A stretch of 64,000 bases of DNA, from the sequence record MK250017.1. One strand, given 5' to 3'. Position 1 is the stretch's first letter. Each line of letters starts with the position of its first letter. Below the pieces are notes generated by a model. That model searched no databases, was not told the origin of the DNA, and worked only from the letters and a program-made list of their open reading frames with translations. Of this stretch, positions 32,002 to 44,337 are shown in pieces. The position numbers were made by a program, and so were the translations under genes.

Positions 32002-32355
32002 ATGAAAAAAGACAAAACTCGACAATTATATAATACATATGCAGGAAAAGAGAAAATAGAATTATTTAATCGTTATTATGGGAAAATATATTTAGAACCG
32101 ATTTCAGAAGATTCATATCAATTAATTGGTCCAGAAAATATTTATACATTTATGAGAGTTGGATTTAAGGATTTAGGTAAAGCTCGTACAGATTATACTA
32201 ATATAGAGTTTATAGATCCAGATGGAGGTCCATATATTTCAGTTGGAAGTATTATAGGTACTCGTAATGAAGTTATAACAAATATTATATGTGTTAAAGT
32301 AGAAAAGAAAGCAGTTTATATTATAGAAGTAAAAAAGGAAGATCAAAAAGATTGA
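32002..32355 (+). CDS. Hypothetical protein
   Basis: 117-aa ORF; FIDPDGGPYISVG. Confidence 0.6.
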   Translation: MKKDKTRQLYNTYAGKEKIELFNRYYGKIYLEPISEDSYQLIGPENIYTFMRVGFKDLGKARTDYTNIEFIDPDGGPYISVGSIIGTRNEVITNIICVKVEKKAVYIIEVKKEDQKD

Positions 32356-32371
32356 TCTTCCTTTTATTATT

Positions 32372-33520
32372 TTAATCAAAAATATCATGAAAATGTTCTA
32401 ATGTTTCATCTGTTAACCTAACAATTACACATGAATCAATTTTATTACCTATACTATATCTATCAGTATTTTCATTATTACATTTACTAAGAATCTCAGA
32501 ATTAATATTTTTATAGAAATAAAATGTTAACCCATTTTTTGTTAATTCATATACAGCATTATTATTATCTTTTTCTATATCGTTTAACGGATATATATTT
32601 TTCTGTAATAACCAAATTAAAAACGTAGGTATATTATATTCTTTTGAATTTTTACATAAATTTACTTGACGTTTCCAATTAAAATAAACTATACCATATG
32701 GTTCATTTTTATCATCAATATAAAAACTATTATCTTTAATAACATTTAAAGTTCCTAGTTTTTTATAACGTGATTTTAAAAATGATATACGTTTATTTAT
32801 ATCTTTTGTTTTAATAATAATATCTTTCTAGTTATTATCATCTTTTTCTTCATATATAACTTTACCTGTTAATTTAAGAATTGCAGTAAATGTTGATTCA
32901 TTATAATTATATGGAATACCACATCCAGAAGGTGACTGATATGATAACATTATACCTTCATCTTCAGATAATAAAATCGTTTTATATGTTGGATCATTTC
33001 TAAAACACTCTTGAACAATTTCAGGCATTGCAGGAAATATTTTATTAACCCAATTGTCATATTCATGTTCTAATTTTAAATAACCACAATTTGCATATAA
33101 CTCACTATCTTTAGGTGGTAATCCTCGTGTAAGTCCAAGTGATTCCTTTTCTTTACATTTACCATCATAAAATGATAAATTATTAACAAATGCATAAGGA
33201 CAATTTGATACTCTATATACATTAAATTTTTTCTTTTTTAATGCATCCATCATATCTTCTAATGCTTTATCTGGATATAAAGAACCCTTTCTGCCTCTAT
33301 GTATAAGAACCTCTTTGTTATTAATCTTTTCATATTTCCAACTACGTGGTTTATCGATACCGAGAAGATCTACCACAATTGGTTTTAAATCATTTTCTGC
33401 GAATCGAGCAGATAAATCGGTATCGATTGAACCTGTAGTTTCATCGGATAATATATCATCATCAAATAAGTCTGAAAATGATTCAAATAATTTCAATAAA
33501 TTATATATATTCTTTTTCAT
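32372..33520 (-). CDS. TAG-recoded 382-aa protein with LFDD leader
   Basis: Track ORF ends at TAG 32828 but frame stays open to TAA 32372. Confidence 0.65.
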
Positions 33521-33550
33521 ATTTTTAATTATTCTATTATGATATATTTA

Positions 33551-36500
33551 TTATGCAAGAACTAACAAGATAGGAGTTAATGTAGCTGATTTCCATGTTG
33601 CATAATAAGTGACTGAACTATTTATAGTAACTGTACTTGTAGAACCACTTGTTGCAGTACTGCTTGTAGACCATCCGTTAAAAATATAATTATTGCGTGT
33701 AGGTACATAACTTCCTATATTAAATGTTCCTTTTGTATATGTAATATATGGATTTGATGTTGTATATTCTTTACCACTTACTGTTAATGTACCATTATTA
33801 GGGTTAAGAACAACTTTATAACTTGCTATTGTTAACTATAAATATACATTTGTTGGATTAGATGTTACAGTTGCTGTTGAATTAGATAATAAAGTACCAC
33901 CAGATGCTGCAGTATACCATGCACCCGTATATCTTATCGTATTATCAACTTTTCTAATAGGATTTGCTAATGGTATAGGAGCAGTTAGAGAACTATATTT
34001 TGTTCCATAAGCTACAGATGAACTTTTTGCTAATGTTACATCATCTGACCAAATAATAACCATTGAATCTGTATTATTCCAATTAATTGTACATGTATTA
34101 GCTGAACTTGTATATATAGCATAAAAATTAAAAGTTGAGATTGTTGTAGTTAATGTATATGGAAATGTAACTACATTTCCATTTGTTGTTAAAGACCAAC
34201 CTTTAAATTTATAAATCGTTGAGGTAGTTGCTGTTTTTGATGGACTTGATGAATATGCAGAAATAGAATCTCCATAATTTTTCTTTTCTGATTTCTATGT
34301 AGAACCATCACTGAAAGTACCACCGTTTGAATTCCAATATACAGTTTTTTGAGTAACTGTATACATTGCATTAAATAGTATAGGTGTCGTACCTAATGTA
34401 ATACTTACAGGAAATTTTGTATAATATGTACTATTATAATACCAACCAAGAAATGTATTACCTGTTTTACTAGGAGTATTTTTATAACCTATATCAGATG
34501 GCTAACATTTAATCGATCCAGGATTATGATAATCATATATTGCATTACTTGTTGATGTTCCGCCTGATGCTGGTGAAAGTTGTCCACCATTTGGATCCCA
34601 AGAAACTTTTACATAACCAGTAGAAGCGGTGCTCCAACGAGCATATAAATTTATATCACCAGTTAATAAAGATCCACTTGTTACTGCATTACCTGTTGTT
34701 GTTGTTGAATAGTTACCAAGGAATACATATTTTAAATTACTACCTTCTACCCATGTAGGTGTTTCATCTGGTATTAATCCTGTATATGGTGTATCTTTAC
34801 TAAATTTCTTTGTAATTGATTCATTACCAGTAGTTTTACTCCATTTCGCGTATGTATTGTTTTTATGAAATGTTACTGTATATAATGTTGTATTACCTGT
34901 TTGTGATGCTATTGCAGTATCTGAATAACTACTATATTTTCCAGTAAATGTATATGTTCTATTGGTTTTACTTGACTATATATTTGGTATTGTCGGTTTG
35001 TTACCTGTAAACGAAAATGTGTTCTGTTGTGTTTGTCCATATTCTCTATATGTACCAGAAAATGTTGTTGAACTTGTTACATTTGTATTTGTAGGATTTG
35101 TACTTGTAGCACCGGATGTCCATGTTACATTAAATTTTTTTATTAATGTTGCGGTTAAAGTAGCAGAACCACCTTTATAGTCAAATGAAGTTGGACTTAC
35201 TGAAACAGATAAGTTTGTACTTGTTGGATTTGATGCTTGTGTACCACTATTTCCCTATCTTGTTAATGTAACTTTTGATGATGCTTCTAAAAACTTACCA
35301 CTTGCATTTTTAACGTCATGCTATTTTCCATTATATGTATGCTTTAAATTTTTAATATCAACTGTAAAATTTGTATACTAAATATCTGCAGCTTTTGGCG
35401 TAGTTCCTAATGAATTTGCAGTAAAAGATGTTGGTGTAAATGTATACATGGCAGCAGTTAAATCATTAAATGTCCATGTAACTGTTTCTGTTACTGTCTT
35501 ATTTTCCATAGACGTATAAGTCCAGTCATAAGTACCTTTCAATGTACAGTCTGTTGCAGTTATAGTTTTACCAGATGCAGGAAAATGATAACCAGATTTA
35601 TCTTTAGTATAGCTATATTCTGTTATTTTCAGATTAGAATATATAAATGCTTTTGATTCATTTGGACCATCTAATTTCTATGAAACTGATACTTCATTTG
35701 ATGTTATACCATCATACGTTGTTTTGAACTTTATTGTTCTTGCTGAAGTAGATGCAGGAATTTTATATGATGTTCCTTTAGTTGATGAAACACCAGTTAT
35801 TCCAGTTATTGTATATGTCTAATTAGCATTAACTGCTTCAGGACCTTGATTTGCATCACTTCCACCACCAGATGTTGAACCAGATGTATACTAATAAACA
35901 ACTTTATTTAATGTATACTTTCTCTATAATGTAAATGTTACAGTTCCTCCTGAACTATATACTGTTGTAGGACTTACAGATAATATTACGCTGGTGGTTT
36001 TCTTTGATTCTGGTGTTTTAATTGTCTTAGTGTTTGCTGCTTGCTTAACTGTAAAACTAGGATGTGTTAATGTAACTCCATCAATTGTTGTTTGTTTCTG
36101 TGTTGTACCTCCTGCTGCTATAGTTTTAACATCAGTGACACCAGATTCTGTAGTGCCTTTTGTTGTAGCACTTACTGTAGAAAAGGTTATATTTTCTGTT
36201 ACATTTTCTGTTTCACCTGTATTATATGTTTTCCTAAAAGTTAATGTACCCGAACTTATATTTCCTCCGCTTGCAGGAATTAAATTTGTAGTAATACTTG
36301 CATTATCTAATTTAGTTACATACTTATTACGTTTTGTTTGCGTTACAGTAACTGTTATAGAATAGCTTCCAGTTTCATCTGTATATTGTGCAGTATCTGT
36401 ATATGTTCTGTCAGATGTTGCATTATCACGTTTTCCAAAAGTAAATGTAAATCCATCTTCTTTATTTCCTGTTGTATTTACTCTACAATCAGATGCTATT

Positions 36501-36778
36501 CCGCTAAATGATGGTATCAAATAATGTTTTTCAGTAACAGGTGATATAACAAATCCTTCTCTAACTGTATTAGTTCTTTCAACCCAACATTTACAGTTGA
36601 CTGTTGTTCCACCTTCCCATGATATAGATGGTATTGTTTGAGGCTCTTTATGTGTAGTCCATTTTCCATAGGAAACTGTTTTCTTTACATAGAAACGTCT
36701 GGAAGTTTTCTGTCCTTCCCAACACACATGTTGTTTTTTCTATACATCAACTGCTTTATTATTATTTTTTATAATCAT
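33551..36778 (-). CDS. TAG-recoded 1075-aa Ser/Thr-rich adhesin/fibre with Ig-like and InlB B-repeat (Listeria-Bacteroides repeat) domains
   Basis: Manual translation ATG 36778 to TAA 33551 with 12 TAG; repeated V.W(D/N)PNGG...P.KTG.TFLGWY and FNGWSTS...YYATW units. Confidence 0.8.
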
Positions 36779-36801
36779 GTTTATTAATAAATAATCAATT
36801 T

Positions 36802-37818
36802 TTAGAACTAATCTTTATAAGCATTGTATGTTGCTATAATATCTTTCAAATGAATAGTTGGGAATTTTTGTAGTTTTCTTAATATATTAATAAAATCTTC
36901 TTTACTACTCATATTAATACGATAACTACCATATCTTCCATATTGACGTGTATAAGTTTTATTATATATTTTACGTCCTAATATAATAGTTAATAATATG
37001 TCATCATTAAACTATAATTGTAAATCTTTTATATTTCTATTCTTCGCACATATAAATAAAGCTGCTAATCGTGCAACCATCTTATCTGCCTTTGTAATCT
37101 TATCAAAACCACTGAAATTTCTTGTATCTATACATTTATTCATACGGTCAATATCTTTCTGAACTACTTTATATACTTTTCCTGTACATGTTAATTCATC
37201 TGTAATTCTCTATGTATTAAATACTTGTTCAACAGATTCCATTAATACTTCACCTATCTATTTTTGATACTCATTAATATCAAAATATGTCTTATTATAA
37301 GATTCAATAAATTTATTAACTGGTGCAGTATAAGAAGAACTTTGATTAATACGTAAAACTATTTTATCATTAACATCAGGAAATTTAACACACCATGCAC
37401 GAAATTCTCTAGATTTATTTCTATATACTGCTTCGTATGGAATTATATAAATTTCAAATGTGAAACTACCACCAATAACACATTTAAAATAACAACTGTT
37501 CGCCCTTTGAACTGATATATTACGTTGTTCATTATTAAACTAATCACAATCAATAGTAAAAGGAAGTTCGCTATGTTTCTGAACAGCATACATTATATCA
37601 GTAATTGTATCCAATACATTATTAACAAGATTGTATTTATTGATGAAATATTCATTTACTTCATCTATATTATCACATTGTGCTAATGATGTAATTTTGA
37701 CATTATCATTAATCATTTGAGAAACTTCCTATGTATCAGAATCTGTATCATCAACATATATATCATTGAAATCATCATCAAATAAACTTTCGAGTAATTT
37801 CTTTATATTCTTATTCAT
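36802..37818 (-). CDS. TAG-recoded 338-aa protein with LFDD leader (absent from the ORF track)
   Basis: MNKNIKKLLESLFDDDFND; 6 TAG; TAA 36802. Confidence 0.7.
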
Positions 37819-37893
37819 ATAATAATTAAAATGTATTTTATTATTTATTTTAGATAATAATTCATGAAATATTTTTTTAATTAAAATATTATA

Positions 37894-37903
37894 TGTATCT
37901 TTG
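37894..37903 (+). promoter_or_regulatory. Bacteroidetes-type -7 promoter element
   Basis: TGTATCTTTG. Confidence 0.7.
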
Positions 37904-37933
37904 AGTCACATAATAATTAATGAATAATATAAT

Positions 37934-38308
37934 ATGGTATTAAATATAGACGATTTTGAAGTATTGAAATTTTATGGGTATACAAGTCTAATACCTATAA
38001 ATGCTCGTATTAATGAAGTGTCATCAATAGATGATAATCCTCGTGAACAGCTTCGTTATAAAAAGTTAGAATCCTTTTATAATAAGGTAATTGAAAAAGC
38101 AAAGGAAAAATGTACAAATAAAAGTTTTAAGTATTGCCATTTTGAAGATAATAAATGTGTATTTTGTTTATCACATATTAAAACAGGTCATATTATCTAT
38201 ATAGGTAAATATGATTTTGAAATATCGATTGGCCTTGATTTTAAACAGCGTTTTGGTCCATCATATAATTTTTTATTTAATAAAGAATCATATAAGAATG
38301 AAGAGTAA
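37934..38308 (+). CDS. Hypothetical protein
   Basis: 124-aa ORF. Confidence 0.55.
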   Translation: MVLNIDDFEVLKFYGYTSLIPINARINEVSSIDDNPREQLRYKKLESFYNKVIEKAKEKCTNKSFKYCHFEDNKCVFCLSHIKTGHIIYIGKYDFEISIGLDFKQRFGPSYNFLFNKESYKNEE

Positions 38309-38438
38309 AAAATTTTTATCTAATTTAAATAATATAGAAAATTGTAAGAATTCATTGTTATTTCTTGCTATCGTGTTTCTTATTATTTTAACATATGTAG
38401 GTATCATATGGTTTTCAGATTATTTGAATAATTATTAA
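38298..38438 (+). CDS. Small membrane protein
   Basis: ATG 38298, one TM segment. Confidence 0.45.
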   Translation: MKSKKFLSNLNNIENCKNSLLFLAIVFLIILTYVGIIWFSDYLNNY

Positions 38439-38450
38439 AATTAAATACGT

Positions 38451-38783
38451 ATGGTTATACATAAAGCAGAAAAATGTAATATTAATAATGTATCAGAAAA
38501 TAAAATACATGATAGTACATCAGGTTATAATAGTTTAATTATATTTTTTATCATTACTGTAATTACGACAGTTGTATATGCAATAACAGTTTATCCTGCT
38601 GCATGTTCAAGAGAATCTGTAATTACAAATAAAGATACAGAAACAAAATTTAAAATGATATTGAGAGACAAATATATTGATAATGTATTTCTTGAAAATA
38701 TTAGTCAAAATTCATGGAATTCAATAGAAGTATATGATTCAAATATGAAATCTCATAAAATTATTTGGAAAGAAGTAAAATAA
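38451..38783 (+). CDS. Small membrane protein
   Basis: 110 aa, one TM segment. Confidence 0.5.
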   Translation: MVIHKAEKCNINNVSENKIHDSTSGYNSLIIFFIITVITTVVYAITVYPAACSRESVITNKDTETKFKMILRDKYIDNVFLENISQNSWNSIEVYDSNMKSHKIIWKEVK

Positions 38784-38837
38784 TAAAGTAAAAAGAAAAT
38801 ATATTTAATAGTTATTAATTTTAATAAAAAATAAAAA

Positions 38838-40907
38838 ATGAAGAATTTTATTTTGTGTTTGCTCATTTCATTTGTGAGCGTTTTTAATTCTTATGCAGAC
38901 ACTGTAAATGATACATTGACTGCATTGAAGTTGAAGGAAGTTACCGTAACTTCTTTGTATCGAAATAATGTACAGACTGGTAGTATGATTAATACATCTA
39001 CTATTAAGATGATGAATCATGGTCAGGGTACAGATTATGTACTTTCTACATTGCCTAATATTTATGCATATAATGACAATGGTACGCAAATGGGTTATTG
39101 TTATTTCCGTATGCGTGGTATGGGTCAGGAACGTATGAATGTTACATTGGATGGAATGCCATGGAATGAAGCTGAAGATTTCGGATGTTATTTCAGTAAT
39201 TCTCCTGATCTTATGTCTAGTTTGCATTCTATTAAGGTAGAAAAGGGTGCATCAGTAACTAATAACGGTACAGCTGCATATGCTGGTAATGTTTCTCTGG
39301 AATCAGTAGATTTGAGAAAAGATACAGATTCGTGGTTTGACCTTGGTTATGGATCTTTTAATTCATCACGTGTGAGTGGAGTGTATAATATGGGTTTGAA
39401 GAACCATTGGGGATTGCATGTTCGTGCAACATCACAGCAAACTGATGGTTATAAGGAAAATACATATAATAATTCAAAGTCAATTACACTTAAGACTGGT
39501 TATTTCTTTAATGATAAGCATTCACTCGATTTCTTGACAATGACTGGTTATCATCGTAATGGTCAAGGTTTTATGGGTCTTACAGAAGATATGATTCCTA
39601 AGCATCCTACACCATTTAAGCAAATGAAGTCTGGTAATCGTCAACAGGAAACAGATGATTTCTTGACAACTTATAATAGATTTCAATATAAGGGAATTCT
39701 ATCAGATAAGGTCTTCTTGTCATCATCATTGTATTGGCAACATCAGACTGGTAATTATCGTATTGGATGGGATGATCCTTCACGACCTACTGGAAGTGTA
39801 TTGAATAATTATCATCTTAATTATAATCTTACAGGATTTAACACAGTAATTAAGTATTATCCAGCTAATAATCTTTCACTTACAACTGGTGTAAATGCAT
39901 ATGTTTATCATAGACGTCATAAGGGATATGATATTGCAAACTCTGATAGTATTATTACAGCATGGAAGAATCCAGGACTTACTCCTTATTATGATAATGC
40001 AGGAACAAAACCAGATGTAAATGTATTTGCAAATGTAAAGTATCAACCAATTAATAAGTTTACTATTGATGCTGCACTTCAATATCGTTATACATCACTT
40101 CATTATCGTGTAAATACACCAGCTATTGGTATTAATGGTGATTCTGATTTTAATCATGACTGGAATTTTATGAATTACAGTTTTGGACTTACATATGATA
40201 TTGATAAGTATTCAAAGGTATATGCACGTTATGCAGTCACAAACCGTGAACCTTCCAGAACTGATATGTTCGGCGGTGAATATCGTACAGATGAATCTGA
40301 AATGAATACAAAGTCAGAGCGCGTACATGATGTTGAACTTGGTTATGAAATTCGTAATAATAAGATTAATTTCAATATTAACGGTTTTTATATGAATTTC
40401 AGTAATGAACTTGTTGCAACAGGTGAACTTTCATCAATGAATGGTCTTCCTCTCCATAAGCAGCATGATTCATATCGACTTGGTTTGGAACTTGCGATGG
40501 ATTATAATCCTGTTAATACATTGCATCTTATTGCAAATGCTTCATGGTCAGAGAATAAGTTGAAGAACATTAATGGAAAGGAAATGAATCATACATTCTC
40601 ACCATCATCTACATTGTTTGCTGAAGCAAATTATTCTGTTAATAAGATTAAGTTCGGTGTAAATACGAATTTCCGTTCATCTATGTATATGGATATTTAT
40701 AATAATCATCAGCTTAAGGAAAACCTTACACTTAATGCATATGTTAATGCACGAGTATCAAAGATTGTAGAACTTAGTTTGAATCTTAATAATATTACGA
40801 ATCGTTTGAATTTCTCTAACGGATCAGTTGATATTCCATCAGATATAGCATATTATTTGGTTGATTCACCATTTAATATGTTTGCGACAGCTAAGTTTCA
40901 CTTTTAA
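38838..40907 (+). CDS. TonB-dependent outer-membrane receptor (vitamin/pyridine-nucleoside type)
   Basis: Signal peptide, TonB-box-like LKEVTVT, plug motif RMRGMGQERMNVTLDGMPWNEAED..VEKGA, barrel strands, C-terminal AKFHF; 689 aa. Confidence 0.9.
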   Translation: MKNFILCLLISFVSVFNSYADTVNDTLTALKLKEVTVTSLYRNNVQTGSMINTSTIKMMNHGQGTDYVLSTLPNIYAYNDNGTQMGYCYFRMRGMGQERMNVTLDGMPWNEAEDFGCYFSNSPDLMSSLHSIKVEKGASVTNNGTAAYAGNVSLESVDLRKDTDSWFDLGYGSFNSSRVSGVYNMGLKNHWGLHVRATSQQTDGYKENTYNNSKSITLKTGYFFNDKHSLDFLTMTGYHRNGQGFMGLTEDMIPKHPTPFKQMKSGNRQQETDDFLTTYNRFQYKGILSDKVFLSSSLYWQHQTGNYRIGWDDPSRPTGSVLNNYHLNYNLTGFNTVIKYYPANNLSLTTGVNAYVYHRRHKGYDIANSDSIITAWKNPGLTPYYDNAGTKPDVNVFANVKYQPINKFTIDAALQYRYTSLHYRVNTPAIGINGDSDFNHDWNFMNYSFGLTYDIDKYSKVYARYAVTNREPSRTDMFGGEYRTDESEMNTKSERVHDVELGYEIRNNKINFNINGFYMNFSNELVATGELSSMNGLPLHKQHDSYRLGLELAMDYNPVNTLHLIANASWSENKLKNINGKEMNHTFSPSSTLFAEANYSVNKIKFGVNTNFRSSMYMDIYNNHQLKENLTLNAYVNARVSKIVELSLNLNNITNRLNFSNGSVDIPSDIAYYLVDSPFNMFATAKFHF

Positions 40908-40912
40908 ATAAA

Positions 40913-40951
40913 AATGGGTGATTAAATATTCCTGATATTTAATCACCCATT
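40913..40951. terminator. Long hairpin terminator after TBDR
   Basis: aatgggtgattaaatat ... atatttaatcacccatt. Confidence 0.7.
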
Positions 40952-41014
40952 AATTATTTCATATTTATCAATAATTATAAATTAATTATAAATAAGATAA
41001 TGAAAATATAAAGA

Positions 41015-42307
41015 ATGATTTATTTAGAAAAAATGAGTAAATGGAAATTAAATGAAAATAGTATAAACGAATTTTTATGGACATGTGCAGGTGTTAATAA
41101 GAATATATTAAGATTATATCCGAGTGAATATGCAAAATATGCAGGTAGTGGAGGAACTATTTTATTTACTGCTATGATGGCATTTATATCAGGTAGTTAT
41201 GCAATGTTTTTTGTATTCAGTAATGCTATATTATCACTGATCTTTGGTATATTCTGGGCATTACTTATATTTAACCTTGACAGATTTATTGTTAATTCCA
41301 TGCATACTGATGGTAAAGACACATTAAGTTGGAAAAAGATTCAAACGGCAATGCCACGTATAATTATGGCTATATTTTTAGGTATTGTTATTTCAACACC
41401 ACTTGAAATGAAGATATTTAATGATAGAATAGAATCATAGTTACTAAAAGATAATATAGAACGAATAAATTCAGCAAAGAATGAATCATCAGATTATAAA
41501 ACAATATCATTATTACAAGCAGAATAGAACCAATTGACAAAAGATCGAAAACAACTGGTAGATGATTTACAGAAAGCATAGAAAGAACTGAAAGAAGAAG
41601 CAGAAGGAAATGCATTATCTGGTATTGCTGGGCATGGGACTATATATAGAGATAAAGAAACATATGTTAATCAATGTAAACAATCATTATAGGAATGGGA
41701 TCTTCTTCATAAAGAACGGTTGACAACTGTATAGAAACGTATTGATGAAGTTAATAAGCATATTGAAAAATTTGAAGGTAAAATAGATGGTTTAAGAGAA
41801 GATGGTTTCAGCGCAAGGTATGAAGCTTTTTCAAATCTTAAAGAAGCAAATAATTCATTAGCGATGGTATCATTCATGATAACAATGTTGTTCATTATTA
41901 TTGAAGTTACACCTACATTTTTTAAACTTATTATGACATCAGGGCCATATGAAGAACATTTATAGATAGAAAATTATAAAATAACCGCATATGTTACTAA
42001 AGAGAAAAATGGTATTGATACAGAATTAAAAATAGATGATTATAATAATAAAGAAAAATTAAAAGCTGTTATTAAACAAGATGAACCTATTATTGATGTA
42101 ACAGATGTATCAGTAAAACCTATTGTATATTCAGCTATATAGTCATTAACATTAGAATCAGAACAAGAACCTGAAGAAGTTCCATATATAAAGTCTAATA
42201 CATCTATTATAACAACACCTGTTGCAACAAAGAAATTAGAATTTAAGAAAAATGAGAAAGGACAAATTATGTTAGATTTCTCATCAAGACCTAAAAAATT
42301 AAATAAA
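41015..42307 (+). CDS. TAG-recoded DUF4407-like membrane coiled-coil protein (430 aa)
   Basis: FLWTCAG, IFNLDRFIV, PRIIMA..GIVISTPLEMKIF, IEVTPTFFKL; 7 TAG. Confidence 0.75.
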
Positions 42308-42372
42308 TGAAATAAAAATAATATCCATTAAGAAAAAAACTTAGTGGATATTTTTTTATATAAAGAATTATA

Positions 42373-42382
42373 TGTATCTTTG
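42373..42382 (+). promoter_or_regulatory. Bacteroidetes-type -7 promoter element
   Basis: TGTATCTTTG. Confidence 0.7.
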
Positions 42383-42418
42383 TATTGTAATTAAATAATA
42401 ATTTAAATAATAAAGAAT

Positions 42419-43426
42419 ATGAGTGAATTAATGTTTAAGAGTAAGAATGTAACACCACAGTTGAATACTTATGTTATTAAGGTAACAGGTAAGTATAATG
42501 ATCATCTACCATGGGAAACAAATATTATTAATGTAGAAGCAGATCGCATGAATAATTTTGTGTTGTTATTTCTTGCATATGTTGGTAACAGAAATTGGCA
42601 GCATAAATGGAAGAATTCTACATTCGGCGAGAATTTTAAGAAGGGACCACTGCAGACATATCTAGGTGCTTTTACCGAAGATACACATTATCCATGTATG
42701 GACCTTATGTGGAATGATGTTGTTTCAGTCAACATTAATTATGTTAATAATAATGGTACATACATTTTGTGTGAACTTCCTGATGTAGAAGAGCTGTATG
42801 ATACTGAGGAGGATTTCCTCAAGGAACTTAAGTCACAGTTTGATGAATTTAATAAGAATGATCCTCGTGATGTTTATGAAGATGAAGGAATTGAGATTGT
42901 TGATTCATATGAGCTTGAGCTTGTAAGAAATGTTCTTCGTTCTACTGGTAAGTGGGATAATGATGAAATTGATAATCTGTTTTGGGTTGATCGTGAGATT
43001 GGTTTTAGTTCATTGGTTGCACGTACTTCTACAGATGAAAATATTCTTAAAGTATGTAAGCAGGAACATGCTAAGAGTGCAACAGGTGTTGAGTATAATG
43101 GATTTAAACCAGAAACACTCGAAAAGATTAAGACCGCTATTAGTGGAACAAATCTTCCAGAGGAAACTAAGACATTTGTAATTGACATTTGTTCTAAGTA
43201 TAATTCAAAGAATATGTTGAGTGAATCTGAGAAGGAAGATCTTAAGAATATCATGGAAACATATAATTTGGTAAATTATTCATATGGATGGATTGGCCCA
43301 GATGGTTGGAGTGGTATTTACCTTGAGCATGTGATAGATCCAGAGATGATTGATTTCGATGATTATTCAGAGAATTCAGTTATTAAGTATGAGGGTGAAA
43401 CATATATTATTCATGAAGGAGATTAA
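42419..43426 (+). CDS. Hypothetical protein
   Basis: 335 aa, AAG/CTT-rich codon usage like the highly expressed genes. Confidence 0.65.
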   Translation: MSELMFKSKNVTPQLNTYVIKVTGKYNDHLPWETNIINVEADRMNNFVLLFLAYVGNRNWQHKWKNSTFGENFKKGPLQTYLGAFTEDTHYPCMDLMWNDVVSVNINYVNNNGTYILCELPDVEELYDTEEDFLKELKSQFDEFNKNDPRDVYEDEGIEIVDSYELELVRNVLRSTGKWDNDEIDNLFWVDREIGFSSLVARTSTDENILKVCKQEHAKSATGVEYNGFKPETLEKIKTAISGTNLPEETKTFVIDICSKYNSKNMLSESEKEDLKNIMETYNLVNYSYGWIGPDGWSGIYLEHVIDPEMIDFDDYSENSVIKYEGETYIIHEGD

Positions 43427-43429
43427 TTT

Positions 43430-43852
43430 ATGTTAATTATTCTATCAATAGTATTAATTATTGTAGGATTATTTCTTGGAATTTTAATAGGTACTTTAGG
43501 ATCATTTGGTGATTCTGAAATACCTATTAAAGAAGATAAAATAATCAAGAGATGTTTGTTATTTAATATAGCATCTCGGTGTGATAAAATTATACTTGTA
43601 TGTTGTACACCATTCGGATGGTTAGGAATTCTTTTATTATTTGTATGTTGTTTTGTATTTCAACATATTATAGGAATTATGTTTATTAGTCCTTTACCTA
43701 TGATGGAATTTCTTAATACATTTGAAGACAAAATATATAGTTTTGCACTACTATATTTAGTACCTATGTTTGGTGGTTATTTTATAGGTTATAATTATAT
43801 GAATAATTTTATTAAACGAATAGAAAAAGAAGAACATGAAGAAAGGAACTAA
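43430..43852 (+). CDS. Membrane protein (about 3 TM)
   Basis: Hydrophobic segments. Confidence 0.55.
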   Translation: MLIILSIVLIIVGLFLGILIGTLGSFGDSEIPIKEDKIIKRCLLFNIASRCDKIILVCCTPFGWLGILLLFVCCFVFQHIIGIMFISPLPMMEFLNTFEDKIYSFALLYLVPMFGGYFIGYNYMNNFIKRIEKEEHEERN

Positions 43853-44330
43853 ATTTTATGTTATATTAGGTTATAATACAGAAACAGAAGCCTGGTATGG
43901 ATATGTAGAAAATTCTTTTTCTATGGGTGCAGATAAAAATAGAATTAGAACATTTTCTACATGTAGAGCAGATTATCCTTGGAAAGATAGATCATTTTCA
44001 GAGAGAAAACGAATAGCGAAAGCATATTTGAAGAAACATGGTTATAGATGTAATTATGCTCGTGATTATATTATAGATGCAAAGATGAATCCTAATTCAC
44101 CAAATCAATGGATTTATTTTTATTTGCGAGATATTGTAGACAATCTTAATAAAAAACATTATAATAATTGTTATTGGAAAGTATATAGAGTAAATTCTAA
44201 GTTTTGTCCTATTAATGTAAATATGAATGAATATTACAAAACATTAGTAAATAAGAAATTTAGGAAGTCTCTTGACAAATTTCAATTAAGAAATCAAGAA
44301 TTTTCTGTAAAGGAAGTTTCAAAAGATTAA
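43836..44330 (+). CDS. Hypothetical basic protein
   Basis: 164-aa ORF. Confidence 0.55.
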   Translation: MKKGTKFYVILGYNTETEAWYGYVENSFSMGADKNRIRTFSTCRADYPWKDRSFSERKRIAKAYLKKHGYRCNYARDYIIDAKMNPNSPNQWIYFYLRDIVDNLNKKHYNNCYWKVYRVNSKFCPINVNMNEYYKTLVNKKFRKSLDKFQLRNQEFSVKEVSKD

Positions 44331-44337
44331 AAATATA

